Shown here piece by piece: positions 39,422 to 41,476 of a stretch of 41,476 bases of DNA (positions within the stretch are counted from its first letter, which is position 1; each line of letters begins with the position of its first letter). The stretch is from Bacteroidota bacterium (lineage in GTDB: Bacteria > Bacteroidota > Bacteroidia > Bacteroidales > DTGW01): contig JAIFLP010000101.1 of assembly GCA_020049015.1 (NCBI GenBank), positions 1-41,476 of the forward strand, written 5' to 3'. The translations under genes were made by a program, and so were the position numbers. The notes below the pieces were generated by a model that worked only from the letters and a program-made list of their open reading frames with translations, did no database searches and was not told the DNA's origin.

Positions 39422-40120
39422 GGGCGAGTACCTTATTTCGTTTGCCAATTCTTCACATCCCTTTTTAAAGAAGTCTTTAGTATTAAGGTTTGCAATACAT
39501 TCATGCAGTGCAATAACCAATTGGTCATAGAAATTCGAAAAACCTGTAATTCTATGCCAAAAATCACGACCAATAAGAACAGGATGAATTTTATCGATTA
39601 TTTTGTAATGCATACTTAATTCTGATTGCTCGCCATAAAGAACACCTACTATAAAGTCAGTATTGTTAATACCTATAAGTGCCTTATTCGTTCTAGCCAA
39701 ATTTATTGTATCGGTAAATTTTTTAATTAAAGGGTTTACATCTTCTGAATTAATAGTATTGGGTCCTGATTTTAATTGACACCATTTTTTTCTACCATCA
39801 ATCTGATCAACAAATTCAATATCCATTCCTTTTATCATAGAACCTTGAGCAATACCAAGTTCAACGAACATGTCCTGAATTCTAGTGCCAAATGAGGTAT
39901 TAATGGAGGTTCCTAAAACTCTAGGATAAAACAATGCTTTTGCTACGCCTTCGGGACTATATTTATCATCCAATACCTTAGATAAATACTTTACAACTAT
40001 TGGATTGATGTTATAAGATTTAAGTTTTGTATGGTTTTTAAGTGATGAGTTTATATGTTGCTGAAATATATTCTTTTCAAAATAGACTACAATAATTTTA
40101 ATAAGTTCCTTTTCAGTCAT
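39407..40120 (-). CDS. Type II restriction endonuclease (PD-(D/E)xK-like; PmeII-like family, tentative)
   Basis: Convergent with the C5 MTase and overlapping it by 15 bp. The motif GMDIEF...WCQLKSGPNTIN is a D...QxK catalytic variant. Confidence 0.75.
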   Translation of the reverse strand: MTEKELIKIIVVYFEKNIFQQHINSSLKNHTKLKSYNINPIVVKYLSKVLDDKYSPEGVAKALFYPRVLGTSINTSFGTRIQDMFVELGIAQGSMIKGMDIEFVDQIDGRKKWCQLKSGPNTINSEDVNPLIKKFTDTINLARTNKALIGINNTDFIVGVLYGEQSELSMHYKIIDKIHPVLIGRDFWHRITGFSNFYDQLVIALHECIANLNTKDFFKKGCEELANEIRYSPLFHF

Positions 40121-40154
40121 TTTTATAAATTATGTATAAAGCCTATGAAATTTA

Positions 40155-41030
40155 CTATTTCAAAGCTTCCGCTCCACTTACTACTTCCAAAATTTGATTG
40201 GTAATGGAAGCTTGACGTGCTTTGTTGTAGTTTAATGTCAAGTCTTTTATCAGATCCGATGCATTATCAGTTGCCTTATGCATAGCGGTCATTCTAGCAC
40301 CTTGCTCTGAAGCATAGGAATCGCGTATAGCTTTGTATAACTGAATTTTAAGTGACTTAGGAATTAATTCTTCGATGATGTATTCTTTTGTTGGTTCAAA
40401 GATATAGTCTTTGTTGGCTTGTTTGTTATCGTTTTGTTTTGGAACCAAAGGCAGAAATTGTTCTCTGGTTACAATTTGAACGGCAGCATTTTTAAATTGA
40501 TTGTAAACAATTTCAATGACATCATATTTTTTTTGAGCAAAAGCGGCCATCAACCATTCAGCCAGCTCTTTGGTTGCATCAAATGAAATATTATCAAGAA
40601 TATGATTGTGTTGAGCAACCATAGGTAATTTCTTTGATTTGAAAAAATCACTGCCTTTTTTTCCAACTGCCAAGAAAGAAAGATTGCCTGAATCTAGAGC
40701 TGATTTATATTGACTTTGTGCGAGGGTGTAGGCAGATTTAATAACATTTGAATTAAATGCACCGCACATACCTCTATTCGAGGTTACCAATACAATTAAA
40801 ATTTTATTTTTATCCTCATTGCGGGTGTATGGATTGCTCTCGCTGAGGTTGACCGTTTGACTTACGTTTGACATAATGTCTTGTAATTTAACAGCATAAG
40901 GGCGCATTTGTGTAATGGCATCCTGGGCTTTTTTAAGCTTGGCAGCAGATACCATTTTCATTGCGCTGGTTATTTGACGCGTAGTAATAACTGAAGCAAT
41001 GCGAACCCTTATTTCTTTTAAATTGGCCAT
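40155..41030 (-). CDS. atpG: ATP synthase F1 gamma subunit
   Basis: QITSAMKMVSAAKL, RGMCGAFN, SEQGARMTAM and YNKARQASIT. Confidence 0.98.
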   Translation of the reverse strand: MANLKEIRVRIASVITTRQITSAMKMVSAAKLKKAQDAITQMRPYAVKLQDIMSNVSQTVNLSESNPYTRNEDKNKILIVLVTSNRGMCGAFNSNVIKSAYTLAQSQYKSALDSGNLSFLAVGKKGSDFFKSKKLPMVAQHNHILDNISFDATKELAEWLMAAFAQKKYDVIEIVYNQFKNAAVQIVTREQFLPLVPKQNDNKQANKDYIFEPTKEYIIEELIPKSLKIQLYKAIRDSYASEQGARMTAMHKATDNASDLIKDLTLNYNKARQASITNQILEVVSGAEALK

Positions 41031-41044
41031 AAATAAAGCGTATC

Positions 41045-41476
41045 TTAATTATATTTTTTCGACAAATCCAAAGCTGTTTTTTCAAGTACAGATGTTTCTT
41101 TTTCGCTGATATTACCTGCTTTAAGAGAATCTAAAACATCTCTGTGTTTCATTTCCATATACTCTAAAAAATCACTTTCAAATTCTTTAATTTTGATTTT
41201 GGGAATATCTTTCAATAAGCCTTTAACACCGCAATAAATGAGAGCAACTTGTTTTTCAACGGGCATGGTTTGGTGCAGACCTTGTTTTAATATCTCCACG
41301 TTTTTGGAACCCTTATCTAATACTGATAATGTAGCAGCATCTAAGTCGGATCCAAATTTTGAAAATGCTTCTAGTTCTCTATATTGAGCTTGGTCAAGTT
41401 TTAAAGTACCTGCAATTTTCTTCATTGATTTAATCTGTGCGTTACCACCAACACGTGATACTGATATACCAACATT
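41045..41476 (-). CDS. atpA: ATP synthase F1 alpha subunit, C-terminal part (truncated by window edge)
   Basis: NVGISVSRVGGNAQIKSMKKIAGTLKLDQAQYRELEAFSKFGSDLD. Confidence 0.97.
   Translation of the reverse strand, partial: NVGISVSRVGGNAQIKSMKKIAGTLKLDQAQYRELEAFSKFGSDLDAATLSVLDKGSKNVEILKQGLHQTMPVEKQVALIYCGVKGLLKDIPKIKIKEFESDFLEYMEMKHRDVLDSLKAGNISEKETSVLEKTALDLSKKYN

Noticed and set aside
1-41476. CRISPR array, rRNA or prophage
   Set aside because: No regularly spaced repeats, rRNA-like sequence or phage genes were seen.

Overview
This is an AT-rich chromosomal window from a Bacteroidota organism, probably Bacteroidales/Marinilabiliales-like (porT, TAnnTTTG promoters, Bacteroidota-type rpsU-xerC-hpf-tRNA-tuf gene order). 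Most of it is housekeeping: two GT2 glycosyltransferases, an orphan beta-propeller/Y_Y_Y histidine kinase, etfBA plus acyl-CoA dehydrogenase, an NhaD/ArsB-type permease, the tuf-secE-nusG-rplKAJL-rpoBC cluster with five tRNAs, bamA-like/trmH/porT/menG/asnB, and the end of the atp operon. Two accessory blocks stand out. (1) A six-gene thiol-rich operon at 5402-9515 encodes a DUF6132-like membrane protein, an ArsM-like methyltransferase, a lipoprotein thioredoxin, an unannotated 32-aa Cys-containing peptide (6821-6919, MKTLIKKQKENRKEKVAQCCAKTSKTVAGCHD) ending 1 nt before a radical SAM/SPASM maturase, and a Trx-TrxR fusion. It looks like a RiPP/peptide-cofactor system embedded in a metalloid/redox module, and a stand-alone IS1595-type zinc-ribbon/HTH gene lies divergently upstream. 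(2) A convergent type II restriction-modification pair (HTH-fused C5 methyltransferase and endonuclease) lies between asnB and atpG. Family assignments come from motif recognition by eye; no database search was run.
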